Source: Eledone cirrhosa
Lineage: Eukaryota
DNA length: 64,000 nucleotides
Reading direction: 5' to 3'
Assembly (NCBI GenBank): GCA_964016885.1
Contig: CAXHJY010000862.1
Location: 1-64,000, forward strand
A model generated the notes under the pieces. It had not been told where the DNA came from and did not search any database. It was given only the letters and a program-made list of their open reading frames with translations. This document shows, one piece after another, positions 13,501-26,669 of this stretch (positions are counted from its first letter, which is position 1; the number at the start of each line of letters is the position of its first letter). The translations under genes were made by a program, and so were the position numbers.

Positions 13501-14712
13501 GGCAGACATTGGGGGTGAGGCTAAGGCAGACATTAGGGGTGAGGCTAAGGCAGACATTGGGGGTGAGGCTATGGCAGACATTGGGGGTGTTACTAAGGCA
13601 GACATTGGGGGTGGTGCTATGGCAGACATTGGGGGTGGTACTAAGGCAGACATTGGGGGTGGTACTAAGGCAGACATTGGGAGTGGTGCTAAGGCAGACA
13701 TTGGCGTGAGGCTATGGCAGACATTGGGGGTGGTGCTAAGGCAGACATTGGGGGTGAGGCTATGGCAGACATTGGGGGTGGTACTAAGGCAGACATTGAG
13801 AGTGGTGCTAAGGCAGACATTGGGGTGAGGCTATGGCAGACATTGGGGGTGGTGCTAAGGCAGACATTGGGGGTGAGGCTATGGCAGACATTGGTGTGGT
13901 ACTAAGGCAGACATTGGGGGTGGTACTAAGGCAGACATTGGGAGTGGTGCTAAGGCAGACATTGGGGTGAGGCTATGGCAGACATTGGGGGTGAAGCTAA
14001 GGCAGATATTGGGGGTGAGGCTAAGGCAGACATTGGGGGTGAGGCTATGGCAGACATTGGGGGTGAAGCTAAGGCAGACATTGGGAGTGGTGCTAAGGCA
14101 GACATTGGGGGTGAGGCTATGGCAGACATTGGGGTGGTGCTAAGGCAGACATTGGGGGTGAGGCTATGGCAGACATTGGGGGTGGTGCTAAGGCAGACAT
14201 TGGGGGTGAGGCTAAGGCAGACATTGGGGGTGAGGCTAAGGCAGACATTGGGGGTGAGGCTATGGCAGACATTGGGGGTGAAGCTAAGGCAGACATTGGG
14301 GGTGAAGCTAAGGCAGACATTGGGGGTGAGGCTATGGCAGACATTGGGGGTGAGGCTAAGGCAGACATTGGAGGTGAAGCTAAGGCAGACATTGGGGGTG
14401 AGGCTATGGCAGACATTGGGGGTGAGGCTAAGGCAGACATTGGGGGTGAAGCTAAGGCAGACATTGGGGGTGAAGCTAAGGCAGACATTGGGGGTGAGGC
14501 TATGGCAGACATTGGGGGTGAGGCTAAGGCAGACATTGGGGGTGAAGCTAAGGCAGACATTGGGGTGAGGCTATGGCAGACATTGGGGGTGGTGCTAAGG
14601 CAGACATTGGGGGGTGAGGCTATGGCAGACATTGGGGGTGAAGCTAAGGCAGATATTGGGGGTGAGGCTAAGGCAGACATTGGGGGTGAGGCTAAGGCAG
14701 ACATTGGGGGTG
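13501..14712. repeat. 24-bp G-rich minisatellite (GGCAGACATTGGGGGTGAGGCTAA), ~50 copies
   Basis: Direct periodicity; occasional 23/25-bp units break the reading frames. Confidence 0.96.
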
Positions 14713-14994
14713 ATACTAATGATATATATTGGATGTGAATATGATCACAGCAAACCTTAAACTAATGTATCATGACTGGGTATTGATTGGAAGATTTTAG
14801 TATAGATCAATAAACTTTGGTAATATATATATATGTATGTGTGTGTGTGTGTGTATGGGTGTGGGTATGAGTGTGAGTGTGTGTGTGTATGTATGTATAT
14901 ATCTGTGTGCATGTATATACATATGTGCGTGTGAGTGTGTGTGTGTGTGTATATATGTGCATATATATACATATATGTATATATATATATGTGT

Positions 14995-15585
14995 ATTGGT
15001 AACATGTATCCCAGTACAACCTGTCTCGTGGTCGGGTCATTGGCGACTAAACTGGCGACCCCACCAAAGTTTCTTGGTGAGGAGGGTGACTTTGGACATC
15101 CTGCAGGACTAAAAACAAAACCTGTCAAAGGGCAAAGGAGCTCTTAAGAGTCATCCAAAATCATCCAAAATCACCGGGAGAGATGATCCCTTAGCCTTTG
15201 TCAAGGCAGAATTCTAGGAGAAGGAAAACTCTGATATAACACCTGCAACCCTAATGGTATCCAATGATGTTGACTTGTTCTTCTTTTTGGTAAATATCAT
15301 CTTGGTTAAGAGAGTGGGACTGGCTTTGTGCAGTGCCTTTGCTATAAAAGCTTCACGGCACAGGCATTGCTTTATATCTGGAGATCTCTCTGCACTTGTC
15401 ATCACATGGTACCATGGGCCCAGCACTATGTGTCAATAATTGTCACAAGTGTAGTGTTTTTACCAGAGTTTCCAAGTCGCTGGCTGGACTAAAAAGTCAC
15501 ACTCGTTCAGCGCATCGGTAGGGGTTCTCCTACATGGATATAAAGTAGTGGCCGTACTCGAAAACGAGTTGGCAGCCACCACCAT
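14995..15585 (+). mobile_element. ~600-bp non-autonomous element, copy 2
   Basis: Reverse-complement match to 3640-4243; slightly 5'-truncated; flanked by TA/TG repeats. Confidence 0.75.
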
Positions 15586-15624
15586 ATGTATATATATATG
15601 TATATGTGTGTGTATGTATTTTTA

Positions 15625-15686
<62 letters not shown>

Positions 15687-16104
15687 CATATATATATATA
15701 TACATATATATATATACACATATATATATACATACACACATACATAAATACATGTACATACACACACATACACAATAATAATAATAATAATAATGGGAGG
15801 GCTGGGAATGATCAAGAAAGGAACAGAATAATATTTGCGAATGATTCCTGGTTTACCCTCTCTGCACGAGGGGCAAAAAATTGTTTTGACTGGTACTGCA
15901 CACGTATTCAGAAGAGCACTATCTCTGTAAGATTAATAACCCTCCTTGTATTTACATATGCACGTGTGTATATATGTATACTGTTTTTTTAAAACTATAA
16001 TCAAAGTGCTGTATTAACTGGCTTACCAATGCACACTGTGAATTTGTTTGCTCTAGGTGTCAGGAAGACACTCGGCATATATCTCAGAAACAATAATGAA
16101 AGAA

Positions 16105-16151
<47 letters not shown>

Positions 16152-17120
16152 TTTCTTTATTGGCCACAGGGGCTGACATTAAGAAAAACATTACAGACGG
16201 CACAGGACGCTACGGTGTGGGTTTTGTGCGTGTAAAGATTTTTATTATTTATATAAGAAATGAAAAAGAAAAAAGACATAGAAACATATATATATATATA
16301 AACAATAAAAATGAAAAATATATACTTTATATCATCTGTATCTATTTTATTATATGTATTTTGATGATGTAATGTTTTATGTATAAAACAAAGAAAAACA
16401 TGTTCTCTTCAGATAAACATACGAGATGTATAATCTTTTCATGATATGCTGGTAGACAAACGAGCTGAACAGATCAGTGACCACCAAGCATATGCTTGGG
16501 TCAAACGTTTTATAAAGGGAAACAAATCTCACTAGCCATTGGATTTATATTATCCTCCTTCAACTGTAAAATTGATGCAAGTCATCTAAAATTAGGGACC
16601 CCACCCATTAATTTTGTTTCCTCATAACTTGGTTAATATTCCATATTTTCAATTAACATTTTGCAGAAATAAGAATTAAACTTTGTAGATTAAAATGCTG
16701 GAAATGAAATTACAATATACAGGCAAATTGCCAAGGCTAGAAATAAATTATCTAAAAACATCTCCATCTGCAACTCCTGGGTATCTGCGCCCAATATAGA
16801 TCTTCCATGAGGATGTACACTATTACATAACTTAGTAGTTAAATAAAAATGACTGAGAAAATATTTGTCAGATTTAGGAAAATATTAGAACTAGGATTGA
16901 TATGATCGACAAAATTACGGCATTGCTCCAGCATGGCTAATGTCTAATTATAAAAACTGATAAGAGAATATCCTCCCCCATATATATATATATATGACCA
17001 AAAGGTAAACAAGGTTCATTGATTAATCAAGGAATATAGTTCAGGTTGTTTTTCATATATGAATGAAGTTTGGTTAGTTGATGCAGTCACGTGAATAAGC
17101 ACATCAGCTTTTACATATAT

Positions 17121-17186
17121 AGTCAATCTGTTTTCATCAAATACTTCAAAGAGCAGGCAGTTATCACGAGGATTTACCCGAAAGAT
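17121..17186 (-). pseudogene. 66-nt fragment encoding part of a NEDD4-family C2 domain
   Basis: Translates IFRVNPRDNCLLFEVFDENRLT, matching the NEDD4/NEDD4L motif FRVNP...LLFEVFDENRLT; no AG/GT splice sites; TA repeats on both sides. Confidence 0.7.
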
Positions 17187-17209
17187 ATATATATATATAT
17201 GTATGTATA

Positions 17210-17435
17210 TAAAAGGTAAACAGAAATAACAACACAATCGGTACAGTATATGGAGGGGATATAGTAGGTTAACGCTTGATATAGCAGGAAGAGGGTCTTA
17301 ACGTTTTGGACGCTAGCCCTTCATCAGAAGAAAGAATGAGAAATAAGATAGATTGAAGGGACGGGCGGGAGGAATTGGAAAAAATGTCTTTAGATAAAAA
17401 TAACAGGTCCATTCATGTTGACATCTCTTGCAAAA
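17210..17435 (-). mobile_element. PLE pseudo-LTR-like repeat with minimal HHR (GAAACGTT type)
   Basis: Minus strand TCTT-CTGATGA-A-GGGC tagc GTCC-AAAA-CG-TT-AAGA (17296-17331; GAAA mutated). Related copies at ~62682-62815 and ~63252-63455. Confidence 0.6.
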
Positions 17436-17586
17436 CATATACATATATATAAACTGATAAGAGAATACCCCTCCCCCTTATATATATATATATCATTATA
17501 CTTTGGAAGGGTGTTGGTTTTCAATTCAATTGTTTAGATTAATATCCGGATGGTTTATTCATGTGATAAGAAATCTTATAAAAGAA

Positions 17587-17618
<32 letters not shown>

Positions 17619-17722
17619 ATAATATCTATCAATCTATCTATCTCTTCATATATATTATATTATATTATATTATATATATAGGGCGGTGGATTGGAGGTGG
17701 ATATTATATTATATTATATATA

Positions 17723-17915
17723 AGGGCGGTGGATTGGCAGTATCGGTAGAAGGTCGGGCGCCATGCTTTGAAGCATAGAGTTACCTCCCTTTATGATCTG
17801 AGTTCAAATCCCGCCGAAGTTAACTTTGCCTTTCATCTTTACGGGGTCGATAAAATAAAGTACCAGTAATGCACTGGGATAATTGCTGGCCTTGTGCCAA
17901 AAGTAGAAACAATTA
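17723..17915 (+). mobile_element. Octopus OK-type tRNA-derived SINE
   Basis: GGCGGTGGATTGGCAG...GAGTTCAAATCCCGCCGA...CTTTGCCTTTCATC...GGGGTCGATAAAATAAAGTACCAG; other copies ~46606-46755, ~50208-50335, ~52330-52440. Family name is from recollection. Confidence 0.75.
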
Positions 17916-18249
17916 TATATATATATATATGATATGTATGTATATATATAATTGTTTCTACTTTTGGCACAAGGCCAGCAATTATAACATATATATATAT
18001 ATATATATCTATCTAAGGCGGGTAAAATTCCCGAGATCCATGGACGAGTTCTCTCCAGCGGTCTCTGTCCCTCATTATCGCTGCCATGTCCTGCGTCTCC
18101 AACAAACCAGTGTCTGTCCTTAGGGCATCAACATACCTTGGTCTTCCTCTTCTAGTGTGTCCATGTATGGGAGCATCCCAAAAGTCAGCTCAAAAGTGAC
18201 ACAGAGGAGACTGAAATTAGCTGGACATGCTCACCGACATCCAGAGTTG

Positions 18250-18281
<32 letters not shown>

Positions 18282-18372
18282 ATATATATATATATAATAT
18301 ATATATAATATATATATATAATATATATATATAATATATATATAATATATATATATAATATATATATATAAT

Positions 18373-18423
<51 letters not shown>

Positions 18424-18517
18424 TATATATATATATTATATATATTATATATACATATCATATATATATATATTATATATATATATTATATATATATAAT
18501 ATATATATATATAATAT

Positions 18518-18735
18518 GAAGGCGTGTGGCTGAGTGGTTAGAGAATTGGATTTGCAATCTTAACGTTGTGAGTTCGATTCCTGGACCAGGCGTTGCGTTA
18601 TGTCCTTGAGCAAGACACTTTATTTCACGTTGCTCCTTCTACCTGGAGTTGCGACCAATAGATAGTATTAGCAATTGGAAAGACCAACGGAAAACATTGT
18701 TCCCTCGGTCCGATTTGACGAAAGTCGATCGTTCC
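18518..18735 (+). mobile_element. tRNA/CORE-type SINE with a second tail type
   Basis: A/B boxes, CCTTGAGCAAGACACTTTA core, tail GGAAAGACCAACGGAAAACATTG; copies ~44753-44965 (-), ~54134-54365 (+), ~43950-44080 (partial). Confidence 0.75.
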
Positions 18736-18801
18736 TTTCATATATAAAACATATATATGATATATATATATGATATATATATATATAATATATATATATG
18801 A

Positions 18802-19167
18802 TATGGCTTAGTGGTTAGAGCATTGGCCTTGCAATCGAAAGGTTATGCGTTCAATTCTCGGACCGAGTGATGTGTTGTTTCCTTGAGCAATACACTTTAT
18901 TTCACATTACTCAGCTGTAGAAATGAGATGATAGGACTGGGGTCCCTATCATACCACTGCAAAGTGGTTGTGGAGGTGACATGGCAAAAAAGCACCCAGC
19001 CTACACTGTAAAGTGGACGTGTAGGCGCCACAGAAAAAAAGCACCCAGCACTCACTGTAAATGAGGTTGGTGTTAGAAAGGCCATCCAGCTGTAGAAAGC
19101 AAGCCAGAATCAGTTCCCGTCCCACCCTTGCAAGCATGGAAAAGCAGATGTAAAATGATGATGATGA

Positions 19168-19170
<3 letters not shown>
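18802..19170 (+). mobile_element. tRNA/CORE SINE with RTE-like tail
   Basis: Collinear with 12775-13163. Confidence 0.85.
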
Positions 19171-19202
<32 letters not shown>

Positions 19203-19215
19203 AACGAGTAGGACC

Positions 19216-19264
<49 letters not shown>

Positions 19265-19379
19265 AAAAGTTCTATTTAAATTGTTGGGATACAACAAGCA
19301 AATATTTTTATAACTGATATAAAGCACTCAACAAATATTTGGAGTAAAAATACGATATTAACAAATGGAAACTATATTT

Positions 19380-19442
19380 ATTTCATTATACATATTTCAA
19401 GGACACCAAGTTAAATTATGGTGTGCTTTCATCAGATAAAAT
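19380..19442 (-). ncRNA. Minimal type-I hammerhead ribozyme
   Basis: ATTTTAT-CTGATGA-AAGcACACCA...TGGTGTcCTT-GAAA-TATGTA-TA-ATGAAAT; core intact, stems I and II pair. Confidence 0.85.
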
Positions 19443-20888
19443 ATAATATAGATCAGTTTTATAAATAAATATTAACATACCCTTAAAGAATGCAACCATT
19501 GCTGTTGGAAGCTCCCGGATAGTAGAGTTGTAGCTTTAATTATATTATTAGTATTGGATATTTTTATTTTTAAAATAAGCCGTTGGGTTACGGAGAAAGA
19601 GAAGGAGAGAGAAAGAAAAAGAGAGAGAAAGACTAGAACAACCGAGAGAGAAAGATAGAGAGAGAGAGAGGGGAGACAGAGAAAAGGGGAGAGAACGAAA
19701 AAAACTCTAAGTCATATCTTGTTGAGTTAACTTAACAATTGAGATGAAATGATTAAATTAGAAATGTTAATAATCATGAATGGAATATACATATATAATA
19801 TGAAAAATTTAACCATTGTTTAGATGATTAGATGTTTAGTTAATCATTTTAAATATTGAGATCAATATATTAAAAATTGGGATCTATATATTAAGAAATC
19901 CATATATTATTAAAGATCTATATATTATATAACACGTATACACACGCAAAAATACATACATATAAATATATATACACACTTATAAAATACATATACATAT
20001 CTAATTACGTATATAATATATACACACAAAACATAAAGGATTCTTTAATTTAATTTAAGATATTTGAAATGTTATAATTGTTAAGATATTAAAGGAAATT
20101 TTATGTTATACACACTTTATGTTATTAAACAAAATTTTTTATATAAGTTTTATAAGATTACCTGTTATGTATTTATGGCTGTTATTATATGTCTATCTGT
20201 CACGAATCTTGGGATAATCACTATACATAAGTGCAATCGAATTGTATGGATATACACGCACATGTACATACACAATTCCCACATATACATACATATATGT
20301 ACCCTCAACAAATAGGTAAATACGCATCATGTATATATATACATACAGATAGACATACATGCATAAAACATATGTACATGTATGTCAATATACACATATA
20401 GAGAGAAGTATACATAAATACAGTACATAGTATAATTGAGTACATAAAATACAAAAGAATTATATTACAATTTGGAAATATAATTATAAGCAATATAACT
20501 TTAAAAACAATATAATTTAAAAATATTATAGAATATTTTAAGTTATAATTTCAAAATAATAGTATGTTTAATAGATTTAGTATAGAAAATTTCTACGTAT
20601 ATTTAACTTAATTTTATATCCATAAGAGAAATAAACAGAAACTTTGAAAGGATAAACTTTCGAAAATAGGAGAAGCTATCAAACAATAAAAAATAAAAAA
20701 AATATAAGAAATATTTTCTCCTTTCAAGAGCTCTCAATATATTTCTCTAGAATAGTTTATTATATTTATTTATATTTAGGAAGAAAAGTTATTTTTACTT
20801 GAGTGTATAATCAGTCAAAAAAGATGAAGGAATCTAATGATTTATCGACAGGTTCAATATATTAATAATAAAATTAATTAATTATATA

Positions 20889-22447
20889 TTACATTTTAAA
20901 TTTATATTTATATTTAAACGTTGAGTTTGATCTATGTCTGCAGCAACTGAATAAATTATTTCTTAAGTTCAGGGAATTTTTGGTCTTTAATATAAAGACT
21001 ATTTCCTCTATACAAAGATCACAATTTTCTGAAGAGGAGTTAAAAGGAGTAGCTTTTGAAATAATATTCCAAATCAACGAATATTCAACGTTCTTTAGTT
21101 TTAGGTCCCATAATAGGCTAGATAGAGAAGTTGAAGATTTTTTGTTTGGATCTGTAAAAGAATTTTTATGATTATTGAAGCGGGATTTAAACTCTGTGGA
21201 AGTGGATCCCACATAATTAAATGAATTTAAATTAGTTTTTACATTACAATTATATACTATATTTTTAGCTAAGCAATTGTTATTTAACGGACAGTTAGAT
21301 TTATTTCTACAGTTACATTTATCAAATTGGATATTGCTTGGGTTATTAGTGGTATTTTGGTTAGGTTTTAAATTTCTATTATTAATTCTATTAATATTTT
21401 GTGCTAAATTGTTGGTGGAAGAATAAGTTAATTTTATAGTATGTCTATTAAAAATTGAGTAATACCTATGTGTTCTAGGGAAGCATTTGTCCAGAGCTTT
21501 AAAAAATAGTTTAGCAATAGGGGTTTTAATATTTAACGAGAAAGGGGGAGCGAACCATAATATGTTCCTAGTTCTATTTCTTTTTCGGCTTTCGGAATTA
21601 ATGTAAGGTTTTCTATTATAGTTGTTAAAATTGTTACCATAGTTAAAATTGTTACGATTATGGTTAGTTGTTATATTATTATTATTATCGATGTATTTAA
21701 TTTTATTTCTATACCCAGCTCTACCTAACGCTTCGTTGTAATAATGTGCTTTTTCATCAAATATATTCTTATTAGCTGAAATTCTCGAAATTCGTTCTTG
21801 TACAGAGTTCACTATAGTATTTTTAACAGATCTGGGGTGATTAGAGTTAAAATTGACGTAATTTAAGTTCTCATTTAGTTTGTGAAATGGATAATGAAGA
21901 CATGTGTTAAGATTTAGTGTTACATCTAGAAATTTAACTATTTTATGGTTATTCTCTATTTCTACTTTCAGATTAAGGTAATTAAAAAATTGTATAATTT
22001 GTTTTCTTTTTCTATTTAGTTCACAGTTATTATTTTCTATAAGTAAAAGCATGTCGTCACGATATAAACCTCCGGTTATCTCAGGTATTTTTCTATGTAG
22101 AGAATTATTTATAAATAGGCCCACAAGATCCATTACCTGAGCGGAATCGGATGATCCCATAGTTATATCGAAATTATTATTTCTATCTGCCCTAGTCCAG
22201 AGTTGGTTATTAAATTCTATTAATGTTTTCCGTGCCGATAATATAATGTGCATTTCATTGCTAGTTATGTCTGTATGTTTAAATGCGTAAGTTAGTGCTT
22301 TATTCAGTAGATTAGGAGTGATAGATGAGTAATAGTTAGCAATATCCAACTGAATAAACTTATTATTATAGTTATATTTAATTTCTTTAAACCTATCGAT
22401 AACTTCACCAGTTCCTTTCCATAATTTTAAATAAGATAAATTCTTAA
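20889..22447 (-). CDS. PLE reverse transcriptase-GIY-YIG endonuclease (N-terminally truncated, reading frame open)
   Basis: LDIANYYSSI (motif A), TMGSSDSAQ (B), GLYRDD (C), FLDVTL, NSNHP, WFAPPF, CNCRNKSNCPLNNNCL linker, IVY..YVGST..FKSRFNNH, CDLCIEE, CRH. The first ~24 aa of the track ORF are non-element sequence. Confidence 0.88.
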
Positions 22448-22527
22448 TTCGCAGAAAAAACACCCCGAGAATGGGGGGGGGGGGGATTCTGAGAATCTGT
22501 CTTTTATCTAAGTTCATAGGTCAGATT

Positions 22528-22835
22528 CATCATCATCATCACCGTTTTACGTCCGTTCTTCCACGCTAGCATGGGTTAGACGGGTTGTCCTGTTGTGGGC
22601 AGTGTCTGGTCGGCTGACCATGCCCTGCTCATACAGGAACTGATTTGGCTAGATTTCTACAGCTGGATGCCCTTCCTAACACAAACCTCATTTACAGTGA
22701 GTCTTGGGTGCTTTTTTGTAGCGCCTACACGTCCACTTTACAGTGTGGGCTGTGTGCTTTTTTGCCGTGGCACCTCCACGGCCACCTTGCAGTGGGGGGG
22801 GGGGGGGGTAGGGGGGCATATTGTCTATATGCTAT
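22528..22835 (-). mobile_element. RTE-tail SINE/LINE 3' fragment
   Basis: (CAT)n-CGTTTTACGTCCGTTCTTCCACGCTAGCATGG...CAGCTGGATGCCCTTCCTAAC; related copies ~23700-23975 (+), 27688-28110, 28728-29420, 44285-44580, 55415-55855. Confidence 0.75.
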
Positions 22836-23371
22836 ATGCATTATATTATATTATATATGCATTATATTATTTTATATATATATTACATTATATATATATA
22901 TATATATACATTATATATTATATATATATATTACATTATATATATACGTTATATTATATATATATACATATTATATATATACATTATATTATATTATATA
23001 TATATATATACAAATATATAAAGGTTAACATAAAGTTATAGATATATACATGTTGCAACTGGTCACTTTTAAGCTCTATGAAAAATTAATAAATTAAAAA
23101 ATCAGAGCAATATATCATAAATCATGTCTTTAGAATCATCAGATAAAATATATACTATTTCTTCTTCTAATTAGCATAATTAACCATATTAAATAGTATA
23201 TATTTTATCTGATGATTCTAAAGACATGATTTATGATATACATATATATATATATGCATTATATTATATTATATTATATTATATTATATTATATATATAT
23301 ATACATTATATTATATTATATATATACATTATATATATATATACATTATATTATATGTGCATATATTACAT

Positions 23372-23414
<43 letters not shown>

Positions 23415-23662
23415 ATGTATATATTATATATATAATATATATTGTATATATAATATATATATATACATTATATTATATTATATATATATACACATTATAC
23501 TATATATATATACATTATATAGATTACATATATATATATATATATATAATATAATGTATATATTATATATATAATATATATTGTATATATATATATATAT
23601 AATATATATTGTATATATATACATTATATTTATATACATTATATTATATTATATATATATAC

Positions 23663-23699
<37 letters not shown>

Positions 23700-24248
23700 A
23701 CAACATCCAGTCCGAAACAAATGAGGTCGTGTAGGTGTCACGACAAAAAACACACAGTCCACGCTGTAATGTGGCTATGTAGGCAACACGGTAAAAACCT
23801 CCCAGACCCACACTGTAAATGTGGTTGGTGTTAGGAAGGGCATCCAGCTGTAGAAAACCCGCCAGACAGTCCTATACGAGCAAGACAACCACTCTTGCCT
23901 CAAGTGGGAAAGCCCCCCGTCCAAACCCATGTAAGCGTGGAACAGGGACGTTAAACGATGATGATGATGATGATATATATATATATATATATAATCTGAC
24001 CTATGAACTTAGATAAAAGACAGATTCTCAGAACCCCCCCCCCCCATTCTCAGGGCGTTTTTTTCTGCGAATCAGTGATAGGTCAATAATAACCAAGGGT
24101 AGTATTATATCAAGCCTGCGTTATCAATGTAACATGTGGTGAGTGTGTATAGAAGACAGAGGGAGGAGAAGACAGAAGGAGATGTGTGTCTGTGTGCATC
24201 ATAACTCATACACTGTTCTAGTTCTTGACATTTGTACATTATTCTATG

Positions 24249-24281
<33 letters not shown>

Positions 24282-24282
24282 C

Positions 24283-24334
<52 letters not shown>

Positions 24335-24371
24335 TATATATATATATACACACACATACACACACATAATA

Positions 24372-24437
<66 letters not shown>

Positions 24438-24682
24438 GCTTAATAAATAGTTTAGCCAATGATTAACCCAGAAAGTTTATCAAATATCCGGCCTGGTTTA
24501 TTATATAAACGAGACACTTGATGAAAGCTTTCATTTCTCTGTCTGTATGAACTGAAGTTCTTTAGCTGCTGTTTTCTGTGAATCAACAAGCCATTTCTAA
24601 GAACTGAGAAAAAACATTTCCTTGATTGAGGTAAATATTCTTATAAAACTTTTAATTAATCAAAAATACTAACACATTTATA

Positions 24683-25402
24683 TTAACCCTTTAGTATTTA
24701 CATTACTCTATATATACTATTGTATTTTCACAGTAAAGGCTTTACCTCACATAATATCTCACATAACATTTACATTACTCTATATATACTATTGTATTTT
24801 CACAGTAAAGGCTTTACCTCACATAATATCTCACATAACATTTACATTACTCTATATATACTATTGTATTTTCACAGTAAAGGCTTTACCTCACATAATA
24901 TCTCACATAACATTTACATTACTCTATATATACTATTGTATTTTCACAGTAAAGGCTTTACCTCACATAACATCTCACATAACATTTACATTACTCTATA
25001 TATACTATTGTATTTTCACAGTAAAGGCTTTACCTCACATAATATCTCACATAACATTTACATTACTCTATATATACTATTGTATTTTCACAGTAAAGGC
25101 TTTACCTCGCATAATATCTCACATAACATTTACATTACTCTATATATACTATTGTATTGTCACAGTAAAGGCTTTACCTCACATAATATCTCACATAACA
25201 TTTACATTACTCTATATATACTATTGTATTTTCACAGTAAAGGCTTTATCTCACATAATATCGAATCTATGAGATTTTCATGTTATTTATTTTGTGAACA
25301 ATACCTTAACATCAGTATGCAGGGCTGGTTACAGCTGGTTTGAACAGAAAGAGATGAGAGAATTCTGGCCGGTTACGGCCGGTTTATATATAAAAGGATT
25401 AA
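24683..25402. mobile_element. piggyBac-like MITE containing an internal 72-bp tandem array (~8 copies)
   Basis: Starts TTAA-CCCTTTAGTATTTA and ends ...AAAAGGA-TTAA; otherwise collinear with the unexpanded copy at 47682-47893. Confidence 0.8.
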
Positions 25403-25479
25403 ATTTTATTGGGTGTGTTCAATTCCTTCCATCTTAATGTATGAAATTCATATATTAGCTTAGTGTGCTTTTTCATCCA

Positions 25480-25940
25480 AATGTCTTTCTGCTACCAATT
25501 TCTGTGGTCGTACCAAGGGGCTGTCTGCCTCAAGTTAGCAACGAGAGGGGATCTGTCGAGCTTCTTCACTTTCTTCAGATCACTTTGCTTTCTTTCTGTT
25601 GGCCTTCACTATAGTAATCTGGCATTTGAAGGGATGTTACACATCACACTTCCTCCCAAATAGAAACATGGATGATGCGACTCTAGCAGGCTTGATAGAA
25701 TCTGTTGCTGAGGACCTCCAGTGGGTCATCCCTGCCCTAAGGTACCTAGGATTGGAGATCAAGTCCGAGGTTGTCAATGTGAGCTAAGACAAAATTGAAT
25801 TCCTAGCTCTGCATCAATCCTGTCCTGACTGAGGCCTGGTTGAACCAGAAGGACACCATCTGCATTCTCCAAACCCCACCTGAAAGCCACACACGAATAC
25901 CTGGGGACCAAGCATGCAGGCATGCTTGCTCCCCAAGTAT
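25480..25940 (+). mobile_element. Highly degenerate non-LTR RT remnant (CRE/NeSL-like)
   Basis: NMDDATLAGLIESVAEDL...LGLEIKSEV resembles the RT motif C-D region; frames are broken. Confidence 0.4.
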
Positions 25941-26050
25941 TTGTGTGTAGCACACATATATATGTGTGTGTATATATATATACACAAAATATATATTCCA
26001 AAACTGGAATTGAACCATCAGCACAGTTGAGGTACGTCAGGCATAAATTT

Positions 26051-26114
26051 ATTTTATCTGATGAGGACGTACTGATGAAACAGCTCAGTACCTCTGAAAT
26101 ATATATAATAAAAT
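26051..26114 (+). ncRNA. Minimal type-I hammerhead ribozyme
   Basis: ATTTTAT-CTGATGA-GGacGTACTG...CAGTACCTct-GAAA-TATATA-TA-ATAAAAT; stem I perfect. Confidence 0.8.
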
Positions 26115-26182
26115 ATATTTGATCACATGAATGTCTATATTTATTAATATTTTGAAGTAATATATATATATATATACATATG

Positions 26183-26646
26183 ACCAAAGATTAATATGGT
26201 TTGTTGATTACTCAACGAATACAGTTTTAAATAGATTAGAAGCACTCAACACTAGGTTTTCCTGGAGTTTTTAATATTATTCAAAATGTTAACAAGTGAA
26301 AAATATTCACATAATCAAAATATATACTTTATTATATATATTTCAAAGGTACTGTGCTGTTTTTTTCAGTACGTCCTCATCACACAAAATATATGATTTG
26401 ATATATGACATACTGCTACCGTCTTGATTATTCAATTCCCGTATTGGCAGTACGGGAATTGAATAATAAACTGCCAATACGGGAATTGAATAATCAAGAC
26501 CGTAGCGGTATGGCATATATCAAATCATATATTTTGTCTGATGAGGACGTACTGAAAAAAACAGCACAGTACCTTTGAAATATATATAATAAAGTATATA
26601 TTTTGATTATGCAAATATTTTTCATTTGTTAACATTTTGAATAATA
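26183..26646. mobile_element. Inverted pair of HHR-bearing PLE pseudo-LTRs
   Basis: Arms ~26275-26448 and ~26470-26645; + HHR at 26529-26597 has an intact core, the - copy has GTGATGA; both ends in (TA)n. Confidence 0.8.
26529..26597 (+). ncRNA. Minimal type-I hammerhead ribozyme
   Basis: ATATTTTGT-CTGATGA-GGacGTACTG...CAGTACCttt-GAAA-TATATA-TA-ATAAAGTAT. Confidence 0.75.
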
Positions 26647-26669
26647 TATATATATACATATATATATAT

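Larger units (their letters stand above)
19262..22447 (-). mobile_element. 5'-truncated Penelope-like element, family 1 (RT + GIY-YIG, 3' UTR, HHR-bearing pseudo-LTR)
   Basis: ORF with RT and endonuclease motifs, ~1.4-kb AT-rich 3' region, same-strand hammerhead at 19380-19442, end in TA/TG repeat. Confidence 0.8.

Noticed and set aside
13465-14738. ADIGGEAK / MSALASPP repeat ORFs
   Set aside because: 24-bp minisatellite with frame-breaking units.
15005-15060. Possible HDV-like ribozyme in the 600-bp element (ACC-TGTCTCGT-GGT ... CTAA-ACTGG)
   Set aside because: P3/L3- and P2-like pieces are visible but I could not build P1 or a contiguous P2-P3.
22448-22517. N-terminus of the 542-aa ORF as the genuine PLE start
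   Set aside because: Derived from an inverted copy of 23994-24072; the element is 5'-truncated.
23095-23240. Inverted repeat containing ATTTTAT-CTGATGA
   Set aside because: No stem II closure or GAAA follows, so not called as a hammerhead.
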